Both the position numbers and the translations under genes were made by a program. The notes under the pieces are model-generated. The model ran no database searches and had not been told where the DNA came from. It was given only the letters and a program-made list of their open reading frames with translations. DNA of 64,000 bases from Utricularia gibba (Eukaryota; Plantae; Magnoliophyta): positions 1,550,001-1,614,000 of the forward strand of contig NEEC01000004.1 in assembly GCA_002189035.1 (NCBI GenBank), read 5' to 3'. The stretch's first letter is position 1. Each line of letters begins with the position of its first letter. Positions 1 to 11,905 of the stretch are shown here, piece after piece.

Positions 1-638
1 AAAAGTTAAAACTGGGATCCTCTAGGTTCACTGTCTTGTACCTGCTAATGCTAACGACTTCGATACCTCTGGAGACAGCAGCCTTACACACAGCTGAACC
101 AACAAATCCACTTCCACCTAACACAACAATCTAATAACAAATCAGACATTATGACTCCAGTCAAGAGGATGCTTAGGAGACAAACATGAGACACATACTC
201 TGTTTGCCTTGATTTCAGCAACAACATCAATTGTACCATCATCATAATTCTTAGTGACACCTGAGTTGTCAATGCTGTATTCCACACAAATCCATTGGAA
301 TACATGAGAAGCAAAACTAAATACCATGAATTCAATCTCAAAATTGACACCAAACTAAAGAAGCAGTAAGAGGTTCATATGTTCTAAGTTCAGAGGGGTT
401 ATCACTAAAATAGCATTGTAAATGGGAGGAATCAAAACCAGAATTTAAAAGCCTTGATCATAGTTGTTTCTCGCTAAAAAAAGAAGGATCAGTTTCGGGT
501 GCCGTTGATATTTAAAGGCTGTGTAGAAGGTAACCTTGAGCGGATGGTTTTCATGGAACTGGAGGTTCCACGAGAAGTGGCGACAAGGGTTTTGAAGGAA
601 GGTGCAGAAATGCAACTGATGCCACAAAGCGACGCCAT
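1..638 (-). CDS. Plastid-targeted NAD(P)-binding Rossmann-fold protein (At1g32220-like), 5' part only; continues beyond window start
   Basis: ATG at 638 begins a Ser/Thr-rich transit peptide (MASLCGISCISAPSFKTLVATSRG). Later exons give IDVVAEIKANR and IVVLGGSGFVGSAVCKAAVSRGIEVVSISR (GxxGxxG dinucleotide-binding motif) between GT-AG introns. Confidence 0.85.
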
Positions 639-1467
639 TCTCCAAACCTTCCTTCGCCAATCCAACTAAAGATACCTGCAACCGGAGATAGTGACGTAAC
701 AGCTGGGATTTCCGTGAATATATGGGTGCAAACTCAAGGTTTATAAACGCTTACAGGAGACAACAACCTAATTATCAAGCAATCCATTGAAGAGATAAGC
801 TTTTTCGACCCCACATGCTGATGCTCAAAGTAGAAAAGGATTTAACCATTCATCTAAAATTCGTTGTTTTGGAATTGGGTATTCGGGATTCAAACGGGTT
901 TTGCTGGATACGGTTTCTGGCTCTGATTTATGGTCCTTTACTCCTGCTTAAATCATTTCAACAGCTGTTCGACGAAATGCGCATTCAGGGGCATAAATGA
1001 AGATCAACCGCATAAGCTCAGAAAAAATGGGGGTTTTCAGAGCTCTGTATTCGGTGCTTATCATCTGCTCCAAAGATCAAATCAGGGAATGCCTGTGGGG
1101 GGCTACTGAATTTCCATTTCAAAGGGGAAAAACCTCCCGTTGTGGAACAAAAGATTCCCCCGCGCTGAAAGGTGCTCCCTGTGGCTAATAATGCGTCAGT
1201 GATGATGCAGCAGGCGGCCACAGAGGGAGCAAGTTTCTGGCTCTTGGTTTGTTTAAGTTTTTCTGATGGTACGCAAAGGGCTTGCTGATATAGAGCTGCA
1301 AGCTCCATTGACACTGTTGGTGTGTCCACCATTTACATGGTATAGTAAATCAGGTCGAATCTTCGAAATGTGAATGGGGATGCACTTCTAATATGTCAAT
1401 AAGACCAGAACTCCTGCTAAGTTCTCATCTTTAGCTCCTCTCTAACCTTCCCTTGCTACTGCTGGAC

Positions 1468-4218
1468 TCAGGTAGTTGCTGAAAGCCCAGGTTCAGCTTC
1501 AGCAGCAGGTGTGTTGTTTAGTGTCGACCTCGGTGGTGATGGAGGCTGAACTACCACATCTGGATAGGCCGCCTTGAATCTTGCCCGCAGCCCTTCATCT
1601 ACCAACCGCACCCCTTGCAGTTGGTTTCCCAGAGATATCCACCTGTTTGTTTATTTGCTAGCTTGTTTCGTCACATGACAAATACCCAAAACATGTAAAA
1701 CTATGATGAAGAAGAGCATACCCAGCCTGAACATTGTGCATCCTTGCAAACAGCTCCAGCTTTCTGGTTCTTGGGCTGATCCTTTCCAACATAGGATACA
1801 TCTGATGCAAAAAGCATAGCATATGATCCCTTCTATGGTTTGCAATACAAATGCAAGAAACATTTTTTATTATTTTTTTACTTCTAACCTCATCAGGCTT
1901 ACGGCTTGTTTCACGAACTTCAGCAACGATCACATCAGTGTCGATGTTTCTATTTACTGCAGGGTTGCCCTTCACTCCAACAAGGCAATGCTCCTTGCTG
2001 TGGTTTAGCCAATGGCCAGTGCGACCGGTTCGTATGATTCTTTGAAGTTGATTCGTTTTCACCCAAATGATCTCCTCCACCCGCTTGTATCCCCAAAGTT
2101 CCAAACTACACAACCAGAAACCTCCAACGTCATGAACACTACCAACAAATGTTTGAAAGAGACAAAGGCATACCATTCGCGTCCAAGTTCCATTGCACGG
2201 CCAGTGACCCAGAGAAATATCAGGCCATCCGTCTGCAGTGCTGGTACATTTAAGGTCCTCATTTCCTCATCGCCCATTGTTCCATACGGCAATTCCATAT
2301 GGATATCCCAGGGCGGATCAGCCATTATAACTCCAAACTGTCCTAAAATATCCATTCTAAATGAACGGATGTCACAGTTAATCCATTGAGGCTCTCCAAG
2401 TTCTACTTCTGAACAGTAGTGCGCACTTTGAGACTTCAGTGGCCTCGGTGAAGGCAACGGAACTCGCCCCATCATTATTGGTGAAACATCTGGTGTTGAG
2501 TCGAGTTCGTAATGGACATACTTGCATGTCTATTTTTGAGATGAACAGAAATATCTTTAGATTAACTAATATTTTAGCTGGAAATGAACTACTATCATGG
2601 GCTAACCTTCATGTGTCGGCAAGTATCAAGAAACGAGCAATCCCCCAAGTTCATATCAGTATGTGCAGCAATTATTCGACGAAAATGAACCTTCAGAAAG
2701 TTTGGAGGTGTATATTAGGCAAAAATTATCAAACCCTAACGGTGCTACAGAATACAAGATTCTTAAAAGAAGAAAAAAAATCCTTGCAGTGATAAAACAC
2801 CATATATTTGAATAAAAATAATCTCCAACGAAATGTGATCAATGCATTGAAGTAAACTGGGGGATAGAGCAAAAGATGCGTCGAAGGGGAACTGACCTTC
2901 TCACAAGCAATAAAGGAATGGGACTGACGCCTACAATCTTCTTTAGTTAACGCTGAGCAGTACTCTTTTACTTGAGACCCACCTTTGCTTTTGAACTGCA
3001 CCATAGCCAGTGGTACATCAGAAAACAACACAATTGTGATATCCATAAACTGTACAAAAGCCTATTCTTTCCCAAATTAATCCATTGAAGACTGCAATGC
3101 TAAAACTATAAAATAAAAAAAATAAAGAAACACTCAGGGAAAGAATCAGTTACCCTAGCGGCATTTGCAGTTTCTTTAGCAGTGGGGCGGTGAATCAGGT
3201 CTAAAAGCTCCTCTCCGGTTTTTGACTTCTGCATTTCCCTGAAGCTCTTTTTATTCAATAAAGCTTCAAGATCCTTCATATCTTCCTCTTCTGTTCTAGG
3301 TTTCATTGCAAGTGCATTCCCTCCAGGACCTTGTAGCATACCAGGGGCCATGGGTGGTTTCCTTAGCATTGGAGGAGGCACACCAACACCTCTAGGCACC
3401 CCACCAATCATTCCCATTCCCCTTGGCCCGAATGCAGCACCTCTTGGACCCATCATCATCATCCCTCCATTCCACATGTCCTGCTGCATCCCTCTCCCAC
3501 CAACATACCCAATTTCACTATCCCCATTCCTTCCCATTTCACCACTTTTATTCCTATTATCAGAACTCATATCAAACAGCTGCTTACTTTTGGGCAACTC
3601 TTTCAAAAGCCTATGCCTATCGATACTCACAATCATCACCGAGGACTTACCATTGACCACAAAATCTTCTAGTTCCACCCCACCATCATCCTCCGCTATC
3701 GACTTCAGCGCCATTTCAACTGCAGAAATCGCACCATTTTCCCCGCCCAACTCCCTAAGGACAGCCTTCTCATAGGTTGTACCAGATGAATCATTCTCCA
3801 GTCTCCTCAAAACTGTCGCCGAATCAATCGGATTAAAAGGGACTCTCTCTAACAAACAGGCAGCGACCATGGACCTAACAAATGACAACGGATCAACTTT
3901 TTCATCGTTCGAAGCACTATCGTTTAAAGCAGGAACCTTTGGATCCTGCCGCCGTGATTGTCTGTTCCTGGATTTACTGAAACTGGGTTTGGAGGGTAGA
4001 GTTTCGGAAAGAGGAGTGAATTGCTTGTTATTAAAACCGGATATGGCTTTAAGAGATAGGTCCAACGAGGAAACCAGATCTGGCACCAGGCTTTGAAGGG
4101 AGGCGATAAGTTCTACCTGCGTCGCATTGAGCGTGTCGGCGCTGGACTCCAGTTGACGGCGCATCTCCGTTAACGCAGCAATCGAGTCCTCGTTTTGTGC
4201 TGAGGATTCGGAATCCAT
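1468..4218 (-). CDS. MTA: mRNA N6-adenosine methyltransferase MT-A70 (METTL3 orthologue), multi-exon
   Basis: Exons encode CCCH zinc-finger segments (TKEDCRRQ..CEK, GDCSFLDTCRHMK), catalytic DPPW (GVIMADPPWDIHMELPYGTM), WLNHSKEHCLVG and ELFARMHN. Last exon WISLGNQLQGVRLVDEGLRARFKAAYP stops at 1468-1470. Confidence 0.97.
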
Positions 4219-4529
4219 AGCAATACACAGTCCCGGACAACTTCCTTGCTTCTCCTTTACCTATCCCCAGTCGCAGTGTAGAATCACCCGAAATCTGCAA
4301 AACCTTGGAGCCAAAACAACAACGGGGGAAAAAAATGGGCTGTATCAGAATAAAGTGCCTTTCCGCAGAAAAAGAAACCCAAGCAGGAAGCCTCCGCTAG
4401 AGCAGTCCTTGGGCCAATGGGCTTTCACGATTGGACCGAAACCTTGAGCTGGTCGAAGCCCAAATCCAAAACTGGATCGAACCCCACCCAACAACGTTCG
4501 GCTCAATTGCAGTCCAGCATATATAAATA

Positions 4530-4948
4530 CGAGCGCATGAATTCGTGGGTTCACGTATTCGAATACATTGATTCGTGATTTAAAAAATTATAAATGTATT
4601 AAATAATTTTAATTTATAATATTTAAATTATATTAAATTATTTATAAAAATACTAAAATAAAATAATTTTTAATAAAAGAATTGAATATTTATAAAAACA
4701 CAAACCACAATTAAAATAAAAATCGATAAATGATGATCTCAAATTTTGAATGTCAAATAACGACGACAATCGATAAGTAATGATTAAATAATAAATATGA
4801 AAATAAATGAAAATAAAAAAAAATCAAATAGATGGAATAATATTTTAATTAATTTAATAATAAATAATTATTATTCAAATTAATAATTAAAAACATATTT
4901 AAAAAAAAAACCCAATGTTCAGCGAATCCGCACTAAATTCATCGCTCG
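4530..4948. mobile_element. Possible decayed MITE: imperfect inverted ends around a very AT-rich core
   Basis: CGAGCGCATGAATT (4530-4543) versus AATTCATCGCTCG (4936-4948) are inverted with one indel. No target-site duplication found. Confidence 0.35.
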
Positions 4949-5009
4949 GTGATTCACAGGTTGGAAGAACAGTGCTCAATAGTATCCTGTTGCAGTTACA
5001 TGCCTCATT

Positions 5010-6807
5010 CTAGCTATTGACAAATGGATACTTGGACTCAGCGAGAGTTTCTGTGTCCCAGAGAAAGGATCCAAAAGTTACTGCCTCCAGTATCAGCAAC
5101 GTGAGCCCAGAAAATGTGATGGGAACCAGTTCATCGCTGGCTGCATCCAGGGAGCCATCCTGGGAGACACTTATATCAGGCCTCCCAAACAATGCTTGAG
5201 TCTGCTTCTCGATCAACGACAGGGATTCTTTCGACCGCATGGTGGCGTATCGTTGCAGTGTTTCTGCATCCAGATACATCACATAGGATCTCAACCTGGA
5301 TGATCTTTCTTCGATTCTGATATCCTCATCCTCTGGATAGATGCGTATCAAAGATGCTGGATCCCATAGCTGTTTCCCTTCTTCAAGCCCTTCAAGGCTC
5401 TCTGATTCTTCACCCAAACCTTCAGGAAGGATGTTCATTGACTGCTCCAGCTGATAGCGCTCATCAACTCTTCTCAGGAAGTAACCGTACATAACTGAAG
5501 CTGCATAGAGTTTGCCAAGCTTTATTTTGCTGATCTGAACTATGGTGTCCAATGGACCTGTGATCCGCTCTCCCAGAACCAGGGATAGATGGCTGACTAT
5601 CATCTCGAAGGCCTCCGGGGAATGCACGGATTGCAATTCCTCTTCTTGGCTTGGCCAGAGATCAACTCTTTCAGCAGGATCTGATGTTGATATTGCAGGG
5701 ATCAGGGATATGTTACTGTTGGTAAACCTTTGAACGATCAAGCAATACATGATCTCCTCCAGGACCTTCCTCCTTTCTTTCTCTTTAAATTCAGCTATTC
5801 TCCTGAAACCCTTAAAGGAAAATGTCAAGAGAGATCATCATGGAGCCAGTTCCACTAATGCATCAGCAATTCACTGAATCACGCGAAATCAAACTTCACG
5901 CCCAGAAATCTAAGAGGAAGCATCCATTGGCAATAAAAATCCTTTCTTTTCATTTACAATTTCGGATGGTAGAATTTGCAACTTTTGAAGGTTGAGTAAA
6001 ATGTTGGGCGGACAACAACATTGTTTTAAAGTCTGTGCATCTATACGTAATGCTTACTTGTACAGAACATCATCAGATGAAGATGAAGTCACTTGGCCCT
6101 TAGGAGAAGGTATGGTAGTTTCATTCTCATCCTCTCTTTGGCTGTGGAGATTCTCAAGTTCCTGTTCTGCTGCAGCCACGACTAGATGCGGATGCGTGAG
6201 CAGCATCTGAGACAAAAGCTGACCAACAGGTGACTCCAACTGAAGAGGAGCCATGGGAACCAGGTCATCTCCCATGTTTCCTGAAGCTCTCACCACAGAA
6301 CTTTGTGACCTCATCTTCTCGAGTCCCATCTCTAACTTGGAATTGGAAAACGAGTTATTCTATATTAAGGGATTGAGTTAGCAAAAGGGTATCTTGAATC
6401 TGATAAAGTAACTTCTGTAAGCTAACTAAGCAACCAAAATATGCAAATTCCACAGCAGCTACATATTGTCCAACACAAGAAATGCAAAAGGCGAAAAAAA
6501 TAGAAACTGCAATGGAAAGAAAGCCTCAATTTTCTGTGCCTGGTGCAATGTTTATGCAAACCGAAGGATCAATTATCTAACAATTCCACAGAGATATCAT
6601 GTATCGAGTTAACCATCGCAGGCCAGCACTCCACGAGAATGGAAAACGCGAGAAAAAAAGATGAATTACCTTGCATAATCCAGGAGGGAAGAAGAATCTT
6701 TTAGTGTCCCCGTAGCAACCGCATAAATTGGATTGCAATGGGTACCATGCGCCGGCCGACGGCGTAACCCAGAAAACATGACTGAGCAGCGCGCCCGTAT
6801 GCCGCAT
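5010..6807 (-). CDS. DUF760 / UV-B-induced chloroplast protein (At3g17800/At1g32160 family), 3 exons
   Basis: ORFs 6577-6807, 6054-6329 and 5010-5828 join in frame through GT-AG junctions. Motifs APLQLESPVGQLLSQML, GKLYAASVMYGYFLRRVD, RYATMRSKE, LEAVTFGSFLWDTE. Confidence 0.92.
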
Positions 6808-7168
6808 CGTCGAATTTCTTCAATCGTCTCGTAAAGGAGATGTTTTCGTTTACCAGACGACGGCGAAATTAGCAGTTATACAGTTATTTTGCAGCAAATC
6901 TCCTCGGTTTACACGAACCTGGAAGTTGGCTGTACAGGATATTTTTCAATGGCGTCTCTTTCGCCTCAGATTTTATCAAGAACACCGTTATGCATACCAC
7001 ACAAAGGCGCATCTGCATAAGCTCGCGTATCGTGCAATACACGTCAATGCACAGAATCAGTTCGACTCAACCTCTGAATCAGATTACATTGCAAGAACGA
7101 TGGACCGAATACGCCTCAGAAGTGTTAGGAAAAAAAACAAAGAATCCATATCTGAAGGGGGTGTTGTT

Positions 7169-9082
7169 CTACGGTAAGGGAGTTTCTTGTGACGGATCCC
7201 ATCCCGGCGGCTTGATATCTGGCCAATCGCCACGGCAACCAAGCCTTATGTAGAGGCTTTTGCGACCTTGAATGCAGGTGCGACAGTTTTTTGTTACCAT
7301 AATGCACTAGTTTCTTGCAGAAGTTAGCCAAAGAGATGACGAATGCAACTGAATCTATGAACCTGTGAGGTCTTTATCAACCAGAAGCAGGCGCTTGAGA
7401 GCACTAAGGGAGGCTTGAGCCACAGCCTTGGAGTAAGTTGGATCCCAATCAGTGAGATTTACGACCGCTTCCGCGTTTGTGTAACCGATACCACCCTCTT
7501 CCATGTTCCTCTTCGTCTCTTCTCTTGCAGACTTTTCATCTGAAATTAGTATGCATGCCCACCCATTATAGGGAATGACTCCTGTATTGAGAAGCTCTGG
7601 TTGCAGTTAAGAAGATTGATTGATACCTGACGCCTTGGACTGCACCAACCAAACTGTTAATCCTGCAAAGAGATGCCTCCAGTTACTGGATCTCCGGGCA
7701 GCACCACAGTCCCCACCTAACGTCGCGATGACAGTTCTTGCTTGACTGCAGATTTCTCATTTATCAAGCAACAAGATGAGCAAGTAACAGCATTTCTGGG
7801 AATAAGACGGCAACGGGGCTGTTCACTTTTCTTACACATTTCGCTCTTGGAGTTACCTGCTAAGACCTTCAAATATTGCACATTCTGCTTCGGCAACAGC
7901 ATCAGGACCTTCCCTCTCTAACCCTGAAAGCATATTGATGTGTATCATACATACCATCAGTATAACTTACCCTCCCCATTGAATGGCCTTGAGCCATTTT
8001 TGTAAGCTAAAAAGAAAACAGCGTGAGAGATCTCACATGAATCCACAGTTTGTTTGGTATATGCTTCTAGAAGCTCCCTTGTACATAGCGGAGTGTATCT
8101 GCCAAATCCAAGGAGCTTCAACAAATAGAAAAGAAAACTAAGAATAGCAATGATCATTCACCAAACGTGCAAGCAATCCAAGACTAGATAACCAACATCT
8201 AGAGTCTAGGTGAAGAACAAGGTTTAATCAGTCACCTGAGGCCGACAGCTAACTCTCGTGCAATCTTGTTGTTTATATCTGTTGAATCCCCTACTAGAAA
8301 GACAGATGTCCCCTTGAGTAGTTGGGTAACTCCGGTTGTCAAGGATTCCCAAGATTCCATGATATCCGGCCATTTCAGCTCAGGGTCTTGCTTCTTCAGA
8401 CTAACCACAAGTAGATCATCGTCTATATACCTATTGAAGTGTGAAAGAAGAAAATCTGTGTTAACTGCTCGACTTAATGAATATACACTTCGGCAGTGAT
8501 CAAGTTAACAACTACCATATTGTTTCTGAAGGCTTTATCAGTCCATAGAGGCGAGTGGTGTCCAATAGTGTCTTCTGGTATCCAGAATGCGCCACTTTGA
8601 TTACCAAGGAGTTGTCATTTGCATCAACGGAGATTTCAGCAGGAGTCAGAGTATCGACGGGCAGCTGAAGTCTCAACTCCACCTCAGACGAATCATCATA
8701 AAACTGCACCCAACGATCAATAAAATTGGATTATCAAACATAATCAATCCACAAAGCACTCTTTAAAATTTGTGTGGCCTAGTTTGTAGTACCCAGAGCG
8801 AGCAGAACAATAACCACCAGAAAATTTGGAAATCCCTTGTAGCGTCCCTACCTCGTAACGAGTTGTATCAGGAGAGACAAACGGAGCGCTGCTGCTGCTG
8901 CTGCAGGATAGAATCCAAGCTCGCTTCTTGACAGCATTAGAAGCTACACAAGGCGACACAGGGAGACGGATTCTGGAAGAAAAGAATTTTTCCGGTGACG
9001 AACTCGACGGAGACGGCGATGAGGATGTACACAAAAAAACTTGATTTCTGGCTGGGAAAGCAGCTAGGGAAGAGACAGCCAT
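7169..9082 (-). CDS. SKL2: Shikimate kinase-like 2 (transit peptide + CS/p23 domain + SK-like domain)
   Basis: Exons ELRLQLP..IKPSETIWYIDDDLLVVSLKKQDPELKWPDIMESWESLTTG, ARELAVGLGYTPLCT, and terminal RKSLYIRLGCRGDWPDIKPPGWDPS; stop at 7169-7171. Confidence 0.93.
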
Positions 9083-9646
9083 TTCTTTCCCTAGAAAACC
9101 AAATTGCAATTCAATTTATAGCTAAAAATATTTAAATATTAAATTATTCCTCCCATAATTTAACGTATCACTATATTTATCAGCAAATCTAATTAACTAG
9201 CATTTGGTATATGTTTATAAAATCACTTTTCAAAAAATATTCTAATAAAATAGAAATGGAGTTTTTTTTTATATTCTTAAAGATAAATTAATTAATTAAA
9301 TTTATATTCTTTTTTGGAATAAAAATAATTTAAGTTTCGTAATAAAATAATACATTTTAAAGAACATAAGATGCTTTAAATAGAAATCAAAATATAGTTT
9401 TATTATCAAATATGAATAATTTCTATTTTTTAAAAGATATAATTTAAAATTATTTTTTATTTTTAAAAAACAAAAATTTTAATTGAAATTTATTGGAATT
9501 ACTTTTAAAAATATAAAATATCTTTAGATAAATAAAACTAAATATATCTTAAATATTTTGAAATGTACCAGGAAGAAAGTCAGCTGGAAAGGAGTCCAAC
9601 AACTCCGACATTTTAATAATAAAAAATCATCATAATCCCTCATTAA

Positions 9647-9684
9647 TGACGTCGTCCGTGACGTCATCCATGATCCTATATATA
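9647..9684 (+). promoter_or_regulatory. as-1/ocs-like element followed by a TATA box upstream of DODA
   Basis: TGACGTCG-tccg-TGACGTCA (9647-9666): two TGA-type half sites with 4-bp spacer. TATATATA at 9677-9684; ATG at 9753. Confidence 0.75.
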
Positions 9685-9752
9685 GAGCGCTTTTCCATGG
9701 TCCAATTGCAAAACCAGCATCGGCGGTTGTTAGAATTGAACTTTCCTGAAGA

Positions 9753-10898
9753 ATGGATACCTTCTTCATTTCCCATGGATCGCCTACTCTTTCGATCGAC
9801 GATTCTTTGCCGGCGCGGCATTTCCTGAAATCGTTTCAGCAAACGGTGTTTTCCCAGAAGCCCAAGGCGATTCTGGTGGTTTCCGGTCACTGGGAAACGG
9901 ATCAGCCAGCCGTCAACGCCGTAGACGGCCCACTTGATACCATCTACGATTTTTACAACTTCCCCAAGCCTATGTATCAGGTACCCTGTGCTTCAATCTC
10001 AGATCGTTCTTTCTTTCCCTTTTTGTTTCTTATCGATGAGGAGGGTAAGATGGGTGGTTGATTTTTCCACGGAATTCATGATTAGTTGATGCAATCACTA
10101 TAATGGAGTGTATTCATGGGTCCGATTTAGAGGATGAGTTGAAAAAGATGATGGAGCTGATTTAAGAGCGAGCTGTAGGGAGCTCCTGCAAAATAGCTTC
10201 CTGCTTCTTGTTAGCAGTCATTAACAGTAGTTGTAGCTTTACTTTTGGCATGGTTGCAGCTCAAGTATCGTGCTCCGGGGGCCCCTGAACTGGCCTATAA
10301 GGTAAAGCAGGTTCTCGAGGGAAGTGGATTCGGGACGGTGAACGTGGACAAGAGGCGTGGCCTCGATCACGGGGCCTGGGTTCCTCTAATGCTCATGTAC
10401 CCGGAGGCTGACATTCCCGTCTGCCAATTGTCAGTTCAAACGCACAAAGATGCTACTCATCATTTCAACCTGGGAAGAGCGCTGGCGCCCCTCACGAAGC
10501 AAGGGGTCCTCATCATCGGCTCCGGCTCCGCAACCCACAACCTGAGGAGGATAATGAATAATGGCGCCCCGATCCCTCAGTGGGCTGCACAGTTCGACAA
10601 TTGGCTTGCAGAATCCCTTCTGAGTGGAAAGTAGGCAAAAATAGCAACCCATCTTTCGCTATGATCTGTGTAGCAAAACATATGATGAGTTTTTGTATTG
10701 TTCTTCAGGTACGAAGGCGTTAACCAGTACGAAACAGAGGCTCCCTTTGCGAAAGAGGCGCACCCACGGCCGGACCACTTCTACCCACTGCACGTGGCGG
10801 TGGGTGCTGCTGGCGCGGACGCGAGGGCGAAGCTGATCCACCGGAGTTGGTCTAACGGCACCTTGTCTTATGCTTCCTATCAGTTCACACCTCAGTGA
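9753..10898 (+). CDS. DODA: 4,5-DOPA extradiol dioxygenase-like (LigB family), non-betalain type, 3 exons
   Basis: [54 protein letters not shown] (HNLR is the non-betalain motif), [18 protein letters not shown]. Confidence 0.95.
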
Positions 10899-11212
10899 TT
10901 CATCCCTTCCCAGACCAGTTTGTATGTACTGTAGATGCCTTTTTATTTGGTTTGTGTGTGAATAAAGTATCACATATGAAAATAAACAAGAGTGTTCTAA
11001 CAATGGATTGAATGTATTCTTTAATTATGTATTTGAATTCATTTTCTTGTAATAGATTGTCAAGTTTGATAATTCATCTCTTTTACTTGTCTTAACATTT
11101 GTTGTCTTTCATAAATTCTTTGGTATTTCTTATTTTTATCATTTGTTTGACTTCTTACAAATCTGCTAACAAGTCATTTAATGTTACATAAATTAATCTT
11201 CAAAACTCAAGC

Positions 11213-11485
11213 AATATTTTGAAAAATTTTTGAAATCTATTTTTATTTTTCAAAAATAATTTTGAAAAATTTTTGAAATCTATTTTTATTTTTCAAAAAT
11301 AATTTTGAAAAATAAAAATAAAAAATAAAATCAAATAATTCTTTATTTTTCTAAAAATAATTTTTGTAATTATAATTTTAAAAATATTTTTAATAGAATT
11401 AATTTTATAATTAAAATTGTTCTAGAACAAAATTATTTTTATTTTTGAAAAATAGAAATAGATTTTAAAATTTTTTCAGAATATT
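11213..11485. mobile_element. AT-rich foldback/MITE-like element whose left arm carries a 43-bp tandem duplication
   Basis: Left arm AATATTTTGAAAAATTTTTGAAATCTATTTTTATTTTTCAAAAATAA (from 11213) is near-complementary to 11428-11485. The 43-bp unit starts at 11217 and 11260, with a partial third copy at 11303. No TSD identified. Confidence 0.55.
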
Positions 11486-11498
11486 ACTTTAGTAACAA

Positions 11499-11522
11499 TA
11501 TATATATATATATATATATATA
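11499..11522. repeat. (TA)12 microsatellite
   Basis: Read directly from the sequence. Confidence 0.95.
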
Positions 11523-11905
11523 ATGGGGCATGAAATATGTAAAAATAATAATTGCATACATTGTATTTAAGATATATCAAATTTTAATATATTTATATTC
11601 TTCTTAAACGATATTATCTATTTTAGATATTAAATTTTTACAATTTTATATTATTTACTTTGATAAAAAAGAATTCGCACAATATTAGAAGATTTTATTT
11701 ATTTAAACACAAGTTTCTTGTGGGTAAAAGGTATGAGATGTGAGATGTTAATATGTTGAATATATTTTTCAAAAAGTGATGGCTGAAAATTGAAATATAT
11801 AAATAAAATTAAAAAACCTTGTTTTGCGAGGAAACTATTCTTTCTGGTCCAAGAACTGAGTTTAGGCATCCGCCTGGCCTGGTTCTTGGATTTTGAAGCT
11901 CAACG

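Noticed and set aside
1192-1270. GTGATGA...CTGA resembling a box C/D snoRNA
   Set aside because: No stem outside the boxes, and only about 9 nt of complementarity to 18S rRNA (AAACTTAAA); too weak.
3350-3775. 141-aa Pro/Ser-rich plus-strand ORF
   Set aside because: Antisense shadow of the Gly/Met-rich MTA exon 1.
4440-4500. GGTTCGATCC B-box-like word on the minus strand, suggesting a tRNA
   Set aside because: No cloverleaf or A box; lies among site II elements of the MTA promoter.
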